Shown: positions 8,431 through 18,197 of the stretch, piece after piece
Position numbering within the stretch: position 1 is the first letter of the stretch
Layout of the letters: the number at the start of each line of letters is the position of its first letter
Origin: Candidatus Nealsonbacteria bacterium RIFOXYB1_FULL_40_15
GTDB lineage: Bacteria > Patescibacteriota > Minisyncoccia > Minisyncoccales > GWA2-38-27
Assembly: GCA_001821555.1 (NCBI GenBank)
Contig: MHMM01000010.1
Location: forward strand, 19,629-83,628
DNA length: 64,000 nucleotides
Direction: 5' to 3'
Made by a program: the position numbers and the translations under genes
Notes under the pieces: model-generated
The model's input: the letters and a program-made list of their open reading frames with translations, nothing else
What the model was told of the DNA's origin: nothing
The model's database searches: none

Positions 8431-10160
8431 CTTTCGTGCCACATCTGGAACGAAAGCAGAACCCAGATTTTTCTTCCGGCTTCGGTTTTCCCTCCCAAAT
8501 ACTCGTCTAAATTTCTTTTAACAGACGCTTCGTTAAATATGCCTCCCCTTTTTAATTTTGAAGGGGATAAATAATCCATAAGAATGGGTTTTAAATCTTC
8601 TTTCAGCCACTCGTGCACCGGTATTCCAAATCCCTGCTTCGGCCTGTCAACCAGCTTTTTTGGAACATATTTGTACAATATCTTTTTTAATTGATTTTTA
8701 TCCTTTGCATGCATTCCGGCCGCATACTCAATAATATTCTGATCCAAAAAGGGTTCTCTCGCCTCAAGCCCTACTGCCATGGAGGCCCGGTCTACTTTGG
8801 CCAGAATATCATCCGGAAGATAAGTTTTAAAATCTGAATCCTGCATTGAAATAAAAGAACTAGGATGTTCTCTGTTAAAGGGAACTTTTAAAATATCTTT
8901 GAGATCGTCCTCCATCCAATAACTCAAAATTATCCTGTAAAAGCTTTCAATATCGTTATTTTCAAGCATCTTTTTCAGCTTTTCCATTCTGATGCTTTTT
9001 GAAGGAATAAACTGCCTTGCCAAAAACAATGGTTTTCTTAATTTGAAAATCCTGCTTATTTTCTTGTAGTAAGTATATCCTGAAAAAAGCTCGTCTCCCC
9101 CGTCGGCCGAAAGCGCCACCTTAACATAATCTCTGGCCATTTTGGAAACAAGATAAGTAGGAATAGCAGAGCTATCTCCGAAGGGCTCGTCATATATTTC
9201 AGGAAGCAAAAAAACGGTTTCAAGAGCTTCTTTCTGTGCACAGTAGAATTCATGATGGTCTGTCTTTAGATAATCGGCCACTCTTTTGGCGTAAGGAGCT
9301 TCGTTATAATTTTTATTATGAAATCCTATCGTAAAAGTTTTAAGGCGGGTTTCAGAGCTTAAGAGAGCAGAAACTGTGCTTGAATCTACCCCTCCGCTCA
9401 AAAATATCCCCACAGGAACATCTGAAACCAATCTGTATCTAAAAGATTCTTTCAATCTTTCTTCAAGCTCTTTCCCGTCATTCTTTTCAGAATAAAAATC
9501 CGAAATATCCCAGTATTTTTCTTCCTTGATTTCTCCTTTTTTGATCTTAAGAAAATGCCCCGGTTTTACTTTAAAGGTATTTTTAAAAATAGTCCTAGGG
9601 CTTTTAATATACCCAAATTGAAGATACAAAGCCAAAGAGTCAAAATCAATTTCTTTTTTAAAGCCCGGGGGGTTGAATATGGCTTTCAGTTCAGAGGCAA
9701 AGACAAGGATTTTCCCGTCAAAGTAGTAATACAAGGGTTTTACACCCGCTCTGTCTCTTGCTAAAAATAATATTCCATTGTCCCAAACAGCCATTGAAAA
9801 CATCCCCCTGAATTTCTTGAGGCATTCTATTCCCCATTCTCTGTATGCCTCCAAAACCACTTCGGTATCCGAATCGCTTCTAAAGCAATGCCCTAGCGAC
9901 AAAAGCTCATTTTTAATTTCTTTATAATTATAAACTTCTCCGTTATAAGTTATCCAAATACCGTTGCTGGACATAGGCTGGCAAGCTCTATCGGTCAGAT
10001 CTATAACAGAAAGTCTCCTGTGCCCTAAAGCAAAACTGCCGTCCAGATAAATTCCCTGGCCGTCAGGACCTCTTCTCTCAAGAGAAGAAGCCATTGATTC
10101 AATAAGATTCTTCTCCACAGATTTTCCGGAAAAATCCCAGATTCCGGCTATTCCGCACAT
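8421..10160 (-). CDS. asnB: Asparagine synthase (glutamine-hydrolysing) family amidotransferase, WbpS/AsnB-like
   Basis: The true start is MCGIAGIWDF at ATG 10160, which places the obligatory Cys2 nucleophile. SGGVDSS PP-loop present. The ORF track start 10265 adds 35 implausible codons. Confidence 0.85.
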   Translation of the reverse strand: MCGIAGIWDFSGKSVEKNLIESMASSLERRGPDGQGIYLDGSFALGHRRLSVIDLTDRACQPMSSNGIWITYNGEVYNYKEIKNELLSLGHCFRSDSDTEVVLEAYREWGIECLKKFRGMFSMAVWDNGILFLARDRAGVKPLYYYFDGKILVFASELKAIFNPPGFKKEIDFDSLALYLQFGYIKSPRTIFKNTFKVKPGHFLKIKKGEIKEEKYWDISDFYSEKNDGKELEERLKESFRYRLVSDVPVGIFLSGGVDSSTVSALLSSETRLKTFTIGFHNKNYNEAPYAKRVADYLKTDHHEFYCAQKEALETVFLLPEIYDEPFGDSSAIPTYLVSKMARDYVKVALSADGGDELFSGYTYYKKISRIFKLRKPLFLARQFIPSKSIRMEKLKKMLENNDIESFYRIILSYWMEDDLKDILKVPFNREHPSSFISMQDSDFKTYLPDDILAKVDRASMAVGLEAREPFLDQNIIEYAAGMHAKDKNQLKKILYKYVPKKLVDRPKQGFGIPVHEWLKEDLKPILMDYLSPSKLKRGGIFNEASVKRNLDEYLGGKTEAGRKIWVLLSFQMWHERWM

Positions 10161-10867
10161 TTTTTGTTTTCTTCCAGGATAAGCTTTGCTATCTTGCTGT
10201 CTAAGAGTTCGCAATTCGGTATTACGCAGTGCCCGCCTATCTTTCCTGGCATATATTTCAAGCAAGGCCTTGCGACTTCCGGCCTGCCGAGCTTTCCGTA
10301 CCCCTCGTTGTAGGATCTGTTCGCTTCTCTATACACTTTTTCAAAGTCCAGGCCCTTTTTATCGCACCATTTTTTGATTTCTTTGTTTAAAACTATCATC
10401 CATCCATACTGGGTGGTATCCCAAAGCTTTAAAGCTTCTGTGGTTTCAGAGGGCATCATTATCCTTGTCTTTAACCCGATCTTTCTTAGATGCTTTTCGG
10501 CCGTCTCTCCTGTTTCTTTACTATCAGCTCCTATATACTTAACGAATGTTTTTATTCCTTTAACAAGGTCGGGGTGCACTCCTCTTACCGGGCTGTGAAC
10601 TGCATTTGGGCCAATCCTCCGAACCGTTCCTATTTTTACAGTTGAGTGGACAATAACCAGATCGGGATTTGACTTTTTAATCTGCTTTTTCACAATTTTA
10701 ACAAAGCTGGCCGAGTATGGGATGCAGATATTCAAAACTCCGAGATTTTCCATACTGTCGTCTCTGTTTAGATCCTTTATCTTTGGCGTAATTCCCGACA
10801 AACGATAAATTTCGGCAATTGCTTTGCCTATTTCGCCAAACCCTAAAATTCCTACATTTTTATCCAT
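10148..10867 (-). CDS. Short NAD(P)-binding dehydrogenase-like protein (UDP-sugar/GDP-mannose dehydrogenase-like, function uncertain)
   Basis: N-terminal VGILGFGEIGKAIA Rossmann motif and C-terminal GKIGGHCVIPN, which resembles the GGxCxxKD catalytic-Cys motif. Only 239 aa. Confidence 0.4.
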   Translation of the reverse strand: MDKNVGILGFGEIGKAIAEIYRLSGITPKIKDLNRDDSMENLGVLNICIPYSASFVKIVKKQIKKSNPDLVIVHSTVKIGTVRRIGPNAVHSPVRGVHPDLVKGIKTFVKYIGADSKETGETAEKHLRKIGLKTRIMMPSETTEALKLWDTTQYGWMIVLNKEIKKWCDKKGLDFEKVYREANRSYNEGYGKLGRPEVARPCLKYMPGKIGGHCVIPNCELLDSKIAKLILEENKKCAE

Positions 10868-11693
10868 TGATTTTTCTATAATTAGGAGGACCGAATATCT
10901 TTATTCCCGACTTCTTTATTTTTTTAAAAGGCATAAAATAATAAAAACTCGCGAGCAAGCTAAAAAATACCGCTTTTTTAAATCCGGAGTAATCTTTCCT
11001 GTAATTTTTTCTGATCTGAAAATTATTCTTTAAATTTTGCCTTAACCCCTGTCTAAAAGTATTTTGTCCGGCCTGGAGATAATAAAGAAAATAATCCTGA
11101 AAATTATAAAGCTTTCCCAGCTTCCCCATTTTTAGGCAAAAATCCCAGTCCTCCGGAAATTCCGAATTTCCGGGATGCTCTTTATACCCTCCTACCTCAT
11201 CCGCCTTGTCTTTTCTGAAAACAATCGTTCCGTGGGAAAAAAGGTTGTCAAAAATAAGAGAACTCTTTATCATTTCATCCGTCTCCGGAAAAAAGCATCT
11301 GAACGCTTCGGCTCCCTTCTTGTCCAAAACAATCATTCCTCCCCCGGTTAAAACATATTCTGGATTATTTTCCAAAAATAAAACTTGTTTTTCAAGTTTT
11401 TTAGGATCCGACCACCAATCATCATCATCCAGCCGGGCTATGTATTTTCCGGAAGAATTCTTAATTCCTATATTAGAAGAAGCGCCTCTGGAAAAAGAAT
11501 CTGGTTCATTAAATATGTATTTTTTTCTGCAATTGAGATTTTTGGCAAGCTCTGCCGTTCCGTCCGAAGAACCATTGTCCACTATGATTAATTCAATGTT
11601 TTTATAGGTCTGGCCCAAAATGCTTGCAACCGCTTTCTTAAGATAATTTGCTCTGTTGCAGGTTGATATTATTATTGAGACTAAAGGAGTCAT
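10860..11693 (-). CDS. Glycosyltransferase family 2
   Basis: VSIIISTCNR, IELIIVDNGSSDGT and ARLDDDDWW. Confidence 0.8.
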   Translation of the reverse strand: MTPLVSIIISTCNRANYLKKAVASILGQTYKNIELIIVDNGSSDGTAELAKNLNCRKKYIFNEPDSFSRGASSNIGIKNSSGKYIARLDDDDWWSDPKKLEKQVLFLENNPEYVLTGGGMIVLDKKGAEAFRCFFPETDEMIKSSLIFDNLFSHGTIVFRKDKADEVGGYKEHPGNSEFPEDWDFCLKMGKLGKLYNFQDYFLYYLQAGQNTFRQGLRQNLKNNFQIRKNYRKDYSGFKKAVFFSLLASFYYFMPFKKIKKSGIKIFGPPNYRKING

Positions 11694-12675
11694 TGAAATC
11701 GTTTATATGATTTTTATACCATTCTATTGTTTCTTTCAGGCCGTTTTGAATTGTCCACTCTGGTTCCCACCCAAGCTCTTTTTTAGCTTTTTCAAAAGAC
11801 ATAAACTGCTTGTCTATCTCTTTTATCACATCTTGATTGGACATCAAAACCGGCTTAATATCCTCTTTTCCCATTAAAGAAGAAATTAATTTTATGAGTT
11901 CTTGTATAGAAATAAGATTGGCTGAGCCAAAATTAAAGGCTTTTCCGCGCACATCTTTTCTATCCAATGCTTCTCCCAATAACAAATATGCTTTCACTGC
12001 GTCTTTTATGTAAATAAAATCTCTTCCCGCGGTTCCTTTGTTCCAGATAACCGGATCCTCCCCTTTCAAAATTTTTAATATCGTAGCGGGAATCACTCGC
12101 GAAATATTCGGATCTCCTCCGCCGTAAGTATTGGCGCACCTCGTGACCGCAATAGGCAAGTCGTAAGTGTTTGAAAAACATCTGGATAAAATATCGGCGC
12201 AAGCTTTTGACGCTTCGTAGGGAGAATTACCCAAAAGAGGCATATCTTCAGTATAGGGAAGGTTTTTATGTTCTCCATAGGCCTTATCACTGGAAGCTAC
12301 GACAATTCTCTCTATTCTAGAATGCATTCTGCACGCCTCAAGGACAATCCACGATCCCCTTATATTGGATTCTAGCGTAGACAAAGGAGACGCATTGGCT
12401 GTGCTTACAATTGGTTGAGCGGCAAGATGAAAAACCGAGTCTATATGATATTCGTTCAAAACTCTTGAAACCAAATCCAGGTCGCAAACAGATCCTGGGG
12501 TTATGGTCACTTTTCTTTCAATGCTTAAAAGATTTAGCGTCCCAAAACGGGGCCAATCCCTTAAGATAACAACGACGTTAGCTCCTTTTTCCACAAGCTC
12601 TGAACTTAAAGCTCCGCCGATAAACCCATTCCCCCCCGTCACAAGCACATTGCGGTTTTTCCAAAAATTATCCAT
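11638..12675 (-). CDS. NAD-dependent NDP-sugar dehydratase/epimerase (extended SDR, CDP/NDP-hexose 4,6-dehydratase-like)
   Basis: FWKNRNVLVTGGNGFIGGAL and SPYEASKACAD (YxxxK). Confidence 0.75.
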   Translation of the reverse strand: MDNFWKNRNVLVTGGNGFIGGALSSELVEKGANVVVILRDWPRFGTLNLLSIERKVTITPGSVCDLDLVSRVLNEYHIDSVFHLAAQPIVSTANASPLSTLESNIRGSWIVLEACRMHSRIERIVVASSDKAYGEHKNLPYTEDMPLLGNSPYEASKACADILSRCFSNTYDLPIAVTRCANTYGGGDPNISRVIPATILKILKGEDPVIWNKGTAGRDFIYIKDAVKAYLLLGEALDRKDVRGKAFNFGSANLISIQELIKLISSLMGKEDIKPVLMSNQDVIKEIDKQFMSFEKAKKELGWEPEWTIQNGLKETIEWYKNHINDFNDSFSLNNNINLQQSKLS

Positions 12676-13585
12676 ATATTTTTTCTTTATTTTCTAAATA
12701 CCATTCTACTGCCAGCTCCATTCCTTTTTCTAAGGGATATTCTGGCTTATAGCCAAGCAACTCTTTGGATTTTGAAATATCAGCCGAATACCTGATAACT
12801 TCTCCCGGCCGATTGGATTTGAAATTTATTCTGCTTGAACTCTTTAAAAGCTCTTTCAACAGCTCTGCTGTCTTAAAAAGGGACTCTCCTTTGCCATATG
12901 CTATGTTATAAGTATTATCTTTTATTTTAGGAAAATTTTCAATACCCTTTATAATGCCGTTTACGCAATCGTCTATATATGTAAAATCAAGGACTTTATC
13001 GGCTCCGTATATATCAACTTCTTCGCCTCTCATCATTTTCCCTATCAAGAGGGGCACAAAACGGTCTGTCAAATCATACATTCCGTAAACATTTGAAAAC
13101 CGGAAAACTACATACTCTATGCCATAGCATCTTTTATAACTGTAAACCATTGCCTCTCCGAAAAGCTTGCTTGCCCCGTAAGAACTTTCAGAAAGATGGA
13201 TATCCACGTCTTCTTCTTTAAAAGAGGGCAGATTCTTGTTTCCATAAACTTCCCTGCTGCTTGAGAAAATGAACTTCTTTATATTCTGCTTTCTTGCAAA
13301 CTCTAAAATGTTATAAATAGAAGAAACATTTTCAAAGGCAAGATCAGGATCCAAAACAAGATTATAAACCCTGGCGTTGGCAGCCAGATGAATTATAAGG
13401 TCAAAATCTCCCGGAAGGCCGTCTAGGCCGTCCAAAAGATCTCCTTTTATCGTGAGCTTGTCCAAATTAGAATGCCATATATTGGGCTTTCTATCAAAAC
13501 CGACAACTTTATGTCCTTTCTCCAAAAGCTTTTCAAAAACTCTTGTTCCTATTGTCCCGCTTGAACCTGTTAAAAGTATTTTCAT
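12668..13585 (-). CDS. NAD-dependent NDP-sugar epimerase/reductase (extended SDR)
   Basis: ILLTGSSGTIGTRV and SSYGASKLFGE. Confidence 0.75.
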   Translation of the reverse strand: MKILLTGSSGTIGTRVFEKLLEKGHKVVGFDRKPNIWHSNLDKLTIKGDLLDGLDGLPGDFDLIIHLAANARVYNLVLDPDLAFENVSSIYNILEFARKQNIKKFIFSSSREVYGNKNLPSFKEEDVDIHLSESSYGASKLFGEAMVYSYKRCYGIEYVVFRFSNVYGMYDLTDRFVPLLIGKMMRGEEVDIYGADKVLDFTYIDDCVNGIIKGIENFPKIKDNTYNIAYGKGESLFKTAELLKELLKSSSRINFKSNRPGEVIRYSADISKSKELLGYKPEYPLEKGMELAVEWYLENKEKIYG

Positions 13586-14361
13586 AAATAAGAGTAAAGG
13601 TAAGAAGAAAAACAGTATCCCAATGACTTTATAAATCCGGGATAATTTTTTCTGTGTTTGTTCCTTAATTTTATAACCAGCTTGAGCTTTCTCCTGATTT
13701 TTCTATTTCTTTCTTCGTAGTTCCCTAAGGCTTCTTTATCTAAATAATTTACAAAATATTCTTGAAAATTATAGAAGACCCCTCTTCCTCCCAGTTTGAG
13801 CCACAAATCATAATCTGCAAAAAAACCAAATTCTTCATCATACCGGCCTGTCTCCTGCCAATCTTTCTTCTTAAACATCGCTGCGCTGTGGTTGAATAAA
13901 TTACTTACTAGGATTTTTTTTCTTATGTCTTTATCGCTTTCGGGGAATAAATGCCTTGAAATCTCTTTTCTCCCATCCGTCTTTATAATTCCTCCTCCCG
14001 ACAGGACGCAATCTTGGTTTTCTTCCATAAATCTCACTTGCTTTCCAAGCTTTTCAGAATCAATCCATATGTCGTCATCATCCAGCCGAGCTATGTATTT
14101 TCCTGTTGAATTTTCTATTCCTATATTCAAGCTTTTCACAAACCCCAGATTCTTTTTATTATCTATAACCCTTGCCTTAAGATTTGAGATAATATTCAGA
14201 GTATTATCTTCCGATCCATCGTTAACAATTACTATTTCAAAATTTTTAAACGTTTGCGAATAAACGCTTTCAACTGCCCTGCCTATAAGCTTGGATCCGT
14301 TATAGGTCGGAATAACCACTGACACCAATGGCCCTGAATATATCCTGGAATCTTTTTTCAT
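13582..14361 (-). CDS. Glycosyltransferase family 2
   Basis: VSVVIPTYNGS, FEIVIVNDGSEDNT and ARLDDDDIW. ATG 14361 overlaps the upstream gene by 62 nt, so a downstream TTG/GTG start is possible. Confidence 0.75.
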   Translation of the reverse strand: MKKDSRIYSGPLVSVVIPTYNGSKLIGRAVESVYSQTFKNFEIVIVNDGSEDNTLNIISNLKARVIDNKKNLGFVKSLNIGIENSTGKYIARLDDDDIWIDSEKLGKQVRFMEENQDCVLSGGGIIKTDGRKEISRHLFPESDKDIRKKILVSNLFNHSAAMFKKKDWQETGRYDEEFGFFADYDLWLKLGGRGVFYNFQEYFVNYLDKEALGNYEERNRKIRRKLKLVIKLRNKHRKNYPGFIKSLGYCFSSYLYSYL

Positions 14362-15355
14362 AAGTATGCTCTTTGAGAGTCCTTTTATAGCCTTTTTCGG
14401 CTATTTCTTCCCTTTCTTTTTCGGCCTTTAAATAATATTTTATTTTATTAATCAAATCTTCCGTGTTTTTATATAGAACAATCTCCTCGTTTTCCTTATA
14501 ATATTCTCCTATATTATCTGCTTTTCCTGTTATCATAAATCCTCCGCAACCAGGAATTTCAAAAGTCCTGCCTTTTATCTGCTCTCTTTTTTTTGCTTGC
14601 ATTGATCTGAAGTTATCTATCCATGTTTTTGGAGGATTTATTTTCAAAGACCTTCCGGATAAAAATATTTTAGCTGAAGACTTTATAAGGTTGTCTTTTG
14701 AGCTTTTCGTAAGATTCAAATTTATCCTGCTTTCTGAAAATATCTTTATCATTTCGTCCTGGGAAATTCGGCCTGCAGGCCATCCCTTTCCCCAGCATTT
14801 AACATTAATCCCCGCTTTTCTCAATTTCTCAATGATCTGGGGCCTGTTTCCGTGCGGCTGGCCGACAAAACTAACATCATGCCTTTTTTCTCCCCCCAAG
14901 GGCTTATAAATAAAATGATTACAGGCCCACTGTGTTTTTATCACATTTTTAATTCCAATCCTATTATATTTTTCTGGGGCTTCGGAGTCGGTTGTCCCCG
15001 CCCAGGTAAAACAGGAAGCCCAATGCCTGGAAAAATTATAAAACCTCCAATGATCATCCGCAAACCAGTTAAATGTCAGAAATTCAGAACTTATCTTTTT
15101 TACGGTTTCTTTTTTTATCTCGTCCCCAAAAAGAAAGAAAAAGCAAAGATCGGGATTTTCTTTTCTGGCTGTCTCCAGCAAAAGTTCGTTCATTTTTTCT
15201 TTTCCATAATTAATCATCGCTTCATCAAATGGAAAGTAAACGACTTCATTCCCCATATTAACGAGAGAGTCGTAAAAGTTATAATGTTCAAATCCGAATC
15301 CTCTTTTTGGATCTCCATAATCATACTTTAAAGCGATGTAAAGAATTTTTGTCAT
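14300..15355 (-). CDS. CgeB-like/DUF3880-type glycosyltransferase (GT-B)
   Basis: N-terminal KILYIALKYDYGDPKRGFGFEHYNFYDSL and C-terminal RTFEIPGCGGFMITG...EREEIAEKGYKRTLKEHTYEKR resemble the CgeB family. Called by recollection only. Confidence 0.5.
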   Translation of the reverse strand: MTKILYIALKYDYGDPKRGFGFEHYNFYDSLVNMGNEVVYFPFDEAMINYGKEKMNELLLETARKENPDLCFFFLFGDEIKKETVKKISSEFLTFNWFADDHWRFYNFSRHWASCFTWAGTTDSEAPEKYNRIGIKNVIKTQWACNHFIYKPLGGEKRHDVSFVGQPHGNRPQIIEKLRKAGINVKCWGKGWPAGRISQDEMIKIFSESRINLNLTKSSKDNLIKSSAKIFLSGRSLKINPPKTWIDNFRSMQAKKREQIKGRTFEIPGCGGFMITGKADNIGEYYKENEEIVLYKNTEDLINKIKYYLKAEKEREEIAEKGYKRTLKEHTYEKRFQDIFRAIGVSGYSDL

Positions 15356-16017
15356 ATGTCTTTAAGCCAGACGTCTAGCATTTCTTTTTCTGTTCCAACT
15401 AGAGACATAGAAAGTATTTCTTTTATTCTTTCTCTTTCGTTTATAAAAGAGGATGACTTTTTCGCTTTCACTTGTATGTTGGGCAAGATATCCCCCGCAA
15501 TTGGCTTCAAAAATCCGGGCAAGACTTTTCCAAGAGCGGCCGAAAAAAAGCTTTTAGCATATAAAGATTTCATCTGATTGAATTCAATATTTTCAAATCC
15601 CATTTTATCCAAGATAAAATTAAATTTATCTCTGCTCCAAAAGTCCTTGTGCACAGCCCAATCTGCCTCATGAGAGCCAAACATGTGCCTTCCTAACCTA
15701 AACTTCTTCTCTATATTGGAAGCAGAAACAAAAAGCTTGGCTGATTCTTCAAAGTCCGGAGTTTCTATAAATAGAACGCCCCCCGGCTTGAGCCATTTTC
15801 TCCAGTCGGAAAGCAGTTTTAAGGATTCCTGCCTTAGAAAATGCTCAAATAAATGATGGCTTCTAATTTCGTCTACGCTGTTTTCTTCATAGCTTAAAGT
15901 CCTGATATCCTGAAAGATATCGGCTTTGGGATTTACCAGGGTATGCTCTGAAGGAGGAAAATCAATATTAATGTATCCTTCTAAATACTTTTCTCCGCAT
16001 CCTAAATGAAGTTTCAT
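15352..16017 (-). CDS. Class I SAM-dependent methyltransferase
   Basis: MKLHLGCGEKYLEGYINID and LKPGGVLFIETPD are typical of the Methyltransf_11/23-like fold. Confidence 0.65.
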   Translation of the reverse strand: MKLHLGCGEKYLEGYINIDFPPSEHTLVNPKADIFQDIRTLSYEENSVDEIRSHHLFEHFLRQESLKLLSDWRKWLKPGGVLFIETPDFEESAKLFVSASNIEKKFRLGRHMFGSHEADWAVHKDFWSRDKFNFILDKMGFENIEFNQMKSLYAKSFFSAALGKVLPGFLKPIAGDILPNIQVKAKKSSSFINERERIKEILSMSLVGTEKEMLDVWLKDI

Positions 16018-18197
16018 GATTTTGTTATCTTATTTAGTAAATTCTTTCCAAAATTATATAATCTTGGCATTTTTCTGATGAGAAAACCGAACCTAACGCT
16101 TACAAACATTTTGAAATTAACTACAAGACTGTCTGTCCTAAACATATATTTTCCCACGAATTTCTTTTTAGAAAAAATTAAAGGAAGAATATTCCCTTTT
16201 GCATCTTTGTACCTGTGCCTCTTTATTCCGAATATAATTTTCAGCTTATAAAGCTTGATTTGCTTAAGATATCTTTTCAGCTGTTTTTTATAACTGCTGT
16301 TCCTTTGTCCCAGCTGATTGCCATGCGTCCTTCCGAAATTAGCTACGGAGGGAATGAATAAAGGAAGATATCCTGATTCGTTAAATCTGTAGTTAAATTC
16401 AAACCAGGGCTCCATATCCTCCTTCGGCTCTTCGGGAAAGCATTCTTCAAGAACTTTCTTTCTGACGCAGAAATTTCCCTCTGGAAGCCAAAAATTAGTT
16501 GAGAGCCAATAATAAATATATTCCTGCTTTTGGGGAGGCATTTCATTGTGGAATTGGAAATAAGATATTTCCTGTAATTTTCCTTCTTCGGACATATATT
16601 CAGGAAGCCCCCATACTAAAGAAATGTCAGGGTTAGCATCCATGGCTTCAATACATTTCTTTATCCAATCTTTATCAAGATAGCCGTCTGAAATTGAACA
16701 TTGAAATATATATTCTCCTTTTGCCATAGCCATCCCTTTTTTGAAAGCATAATATGACCCTTCGTCTTTTTCAGATACAAGGCGGATAAAAGGATATCTT
16801 TTCAGCATTTCCAATGTGCCATCCGTGGAAGCTCCGTCTATAATTAGATGTTCAAAATTATCATAAGTCTGGTTCTGTACGCTCTTCATCGTATCTTCAA
16901 GAAACTTTCCTGTGTTATACGACATTGTTATGACCGTAGCTTTGGGGTGTCCAGCAAGAGATCTTTGCCTGTTTTCAGAAAGTATTTCAGGCCTCTCCTT
17001 TTTTAAGTTATCCAGAGCGTCTTTTTCTTTGATTATTTCCGATTCTTCTTTTTTTATCAGTTCAACTATATCCGAAGATATTTTGTCTTTTTCTCTTATT
17101 TCCGAAACTGCATTTCCGAAAGACTTGATTCTAACTAGACATTCTTCAATTCTTTTTCCTAAAACCAAAGGGTGCATCCTTATATCATTTCCGTTATAAG
17201 AATAGGGGCTTTTAATATTCTTGAGGACCTGTTTTTTCTCCAGCAGTCCCATTATCCTGCTGTAATCCTTCCTGTCTTTCATATAGTCGTTCTTTATCCA
17301 GTTAAGAAGATTTGCCGAATGAACCAGAAAAGAGTCCCTTGAGGATGATTTCATCAGAATTTTCTGCTCAAAAGAGAATCCGCTCTCCTCTATTTCTTTT
17401 TCAATCTCGTTTAAAAAGTAAAGCTGGTGCCTTACGTAATAAAGCCACAGAAGAACAGGAGTTTCTAAACTGGGCATTCCTTTTATCAAGGGAGCGTCCG
17501 AAAGCATTCTCGGCCTGACCCGATAAGAAAAAAGTCTTTCATTTATAAAATGGCATTTCATTCCTTTCAGAAACAGTCTTGCCATCAAAAGATTGTCCAT
17601 ATTAGCTCTTAGATCGTCAAAGGGATCCTTAACTGTAGATTTTATGTAAAACTCGAACCTGAAAATCCCGAAAGCTATAGGCAGGCAGTTCCTTTTGTTT
17701 ATGTAAAAGCAAAAGTTATCCATCGGAGACCTTTCTTCTCCATAGGCGTCTTTGGCATCCAGGAAAGAAGAGCAGGTTATGTTATTATCCACGTCCACGA
17801 AATCCGCGTTAGCATAGGCCATATCAATATCTGGGTTCTGTTCTAAATAAGAAACTAGCTTTGAAATATATTCAGAATTCCAAAAATCATCGTCATTGGC
17901 CACCATCAAATACTTTCCTTTAGACAAGGAACAGCCGAAAAAAATTGCTTCTTCAGCCCTCATTTTTTCTTTGTCTAGAACATATTTTATCCTCTTGTCC
18001 TTCAAGGCATACTCTTTCAAAACTTCAGGCGTCTTATCGGAAGACAAACTGTCTATTATGATAAGTTCAAAATTCCTATAGCTCTGGCTCAAAAGAGAAT
18101 CCAATGCCTGGTTCAAAAGCGGCCTCCCAAAAGTCCGGTAGTCCCTAAAGGAATTATAAACAGGCATTACTATGCTTACTAGGGGTTTATTATCCAT
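16014..18197 (-). CDS. Two-domain glycosyltransferase (GT2 + charged helical linker + GT2)
   Basis: 727 aa. Domain 1 has VSIVMPVYNS, FELIIIDSLSSDKT and ANDDDFW. Domain 2 has ATVITMSYNTGKFL and FEHLIIDGASTDGT. The linker at residues 347-410 is E/K-rich and helical. Confidence 0.75.
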   Translation of the reverse strand: MDNKPLVSIVMPVYNSFRDYRTFGRPLLNQALDSLLSQSYRNFELIIIDSLSSDKTPEVLKEYALKDKRIKYVLDKEKMRAEEAIFFGCSLSKGKYLMVANDDDFWNSEYISKLVSYLEQNPDIDMAYANADFVDVDNNITCSSFLDAKDAYGEERSPMDNFCFYINKRNCLPIAFGIFRFEFYIKSTVKDPFDDLRANMDNLLMARLFLKGMKCHFINERLFSYRVRPRMLSDAPLIKGMPSLETPVLLWLYYVRHQLYFLNEIEKEIEESGFSFEQKILMKSSSRDSFLVHSANLLNWIKNDYMKDRKDYSRIMGLLEKKQVLKNIKSPYSYNGNDIRMHPLVLGKRIEECLVRIKSFGNAVSEIREKDKISSDIVELIKKEESEIIKEKDALDNLKKERPEILSENRQRSLAGHPKATVITMSYNTGKFLEDTMKSVQNQTYDNFEHLIIDGASTDGTLEMLKRYPFIRLVSEKDEGSYYAFKKGMAMAKGEYIFQCSISDGYLDKDWIKKCIEAMDANPDISLVWGLPEYMSEEGKLQEISYFQFHNEMPPQKQEYIYYWLSTNFWLPEGNFCVRKKVLEECFPEEPKEDMEPWFEFNYRFNESGYLPLFIPSVANFGRTHGNQLGQRNSSYKKQLKRYLKQIKLYKLKIIFGIKRHRYKDAKGNILPLIFSKKKFVGKYMFRTDSLVVNFKMFVSVRFGFLIRKMPRLYNFGKNLLNKITKS

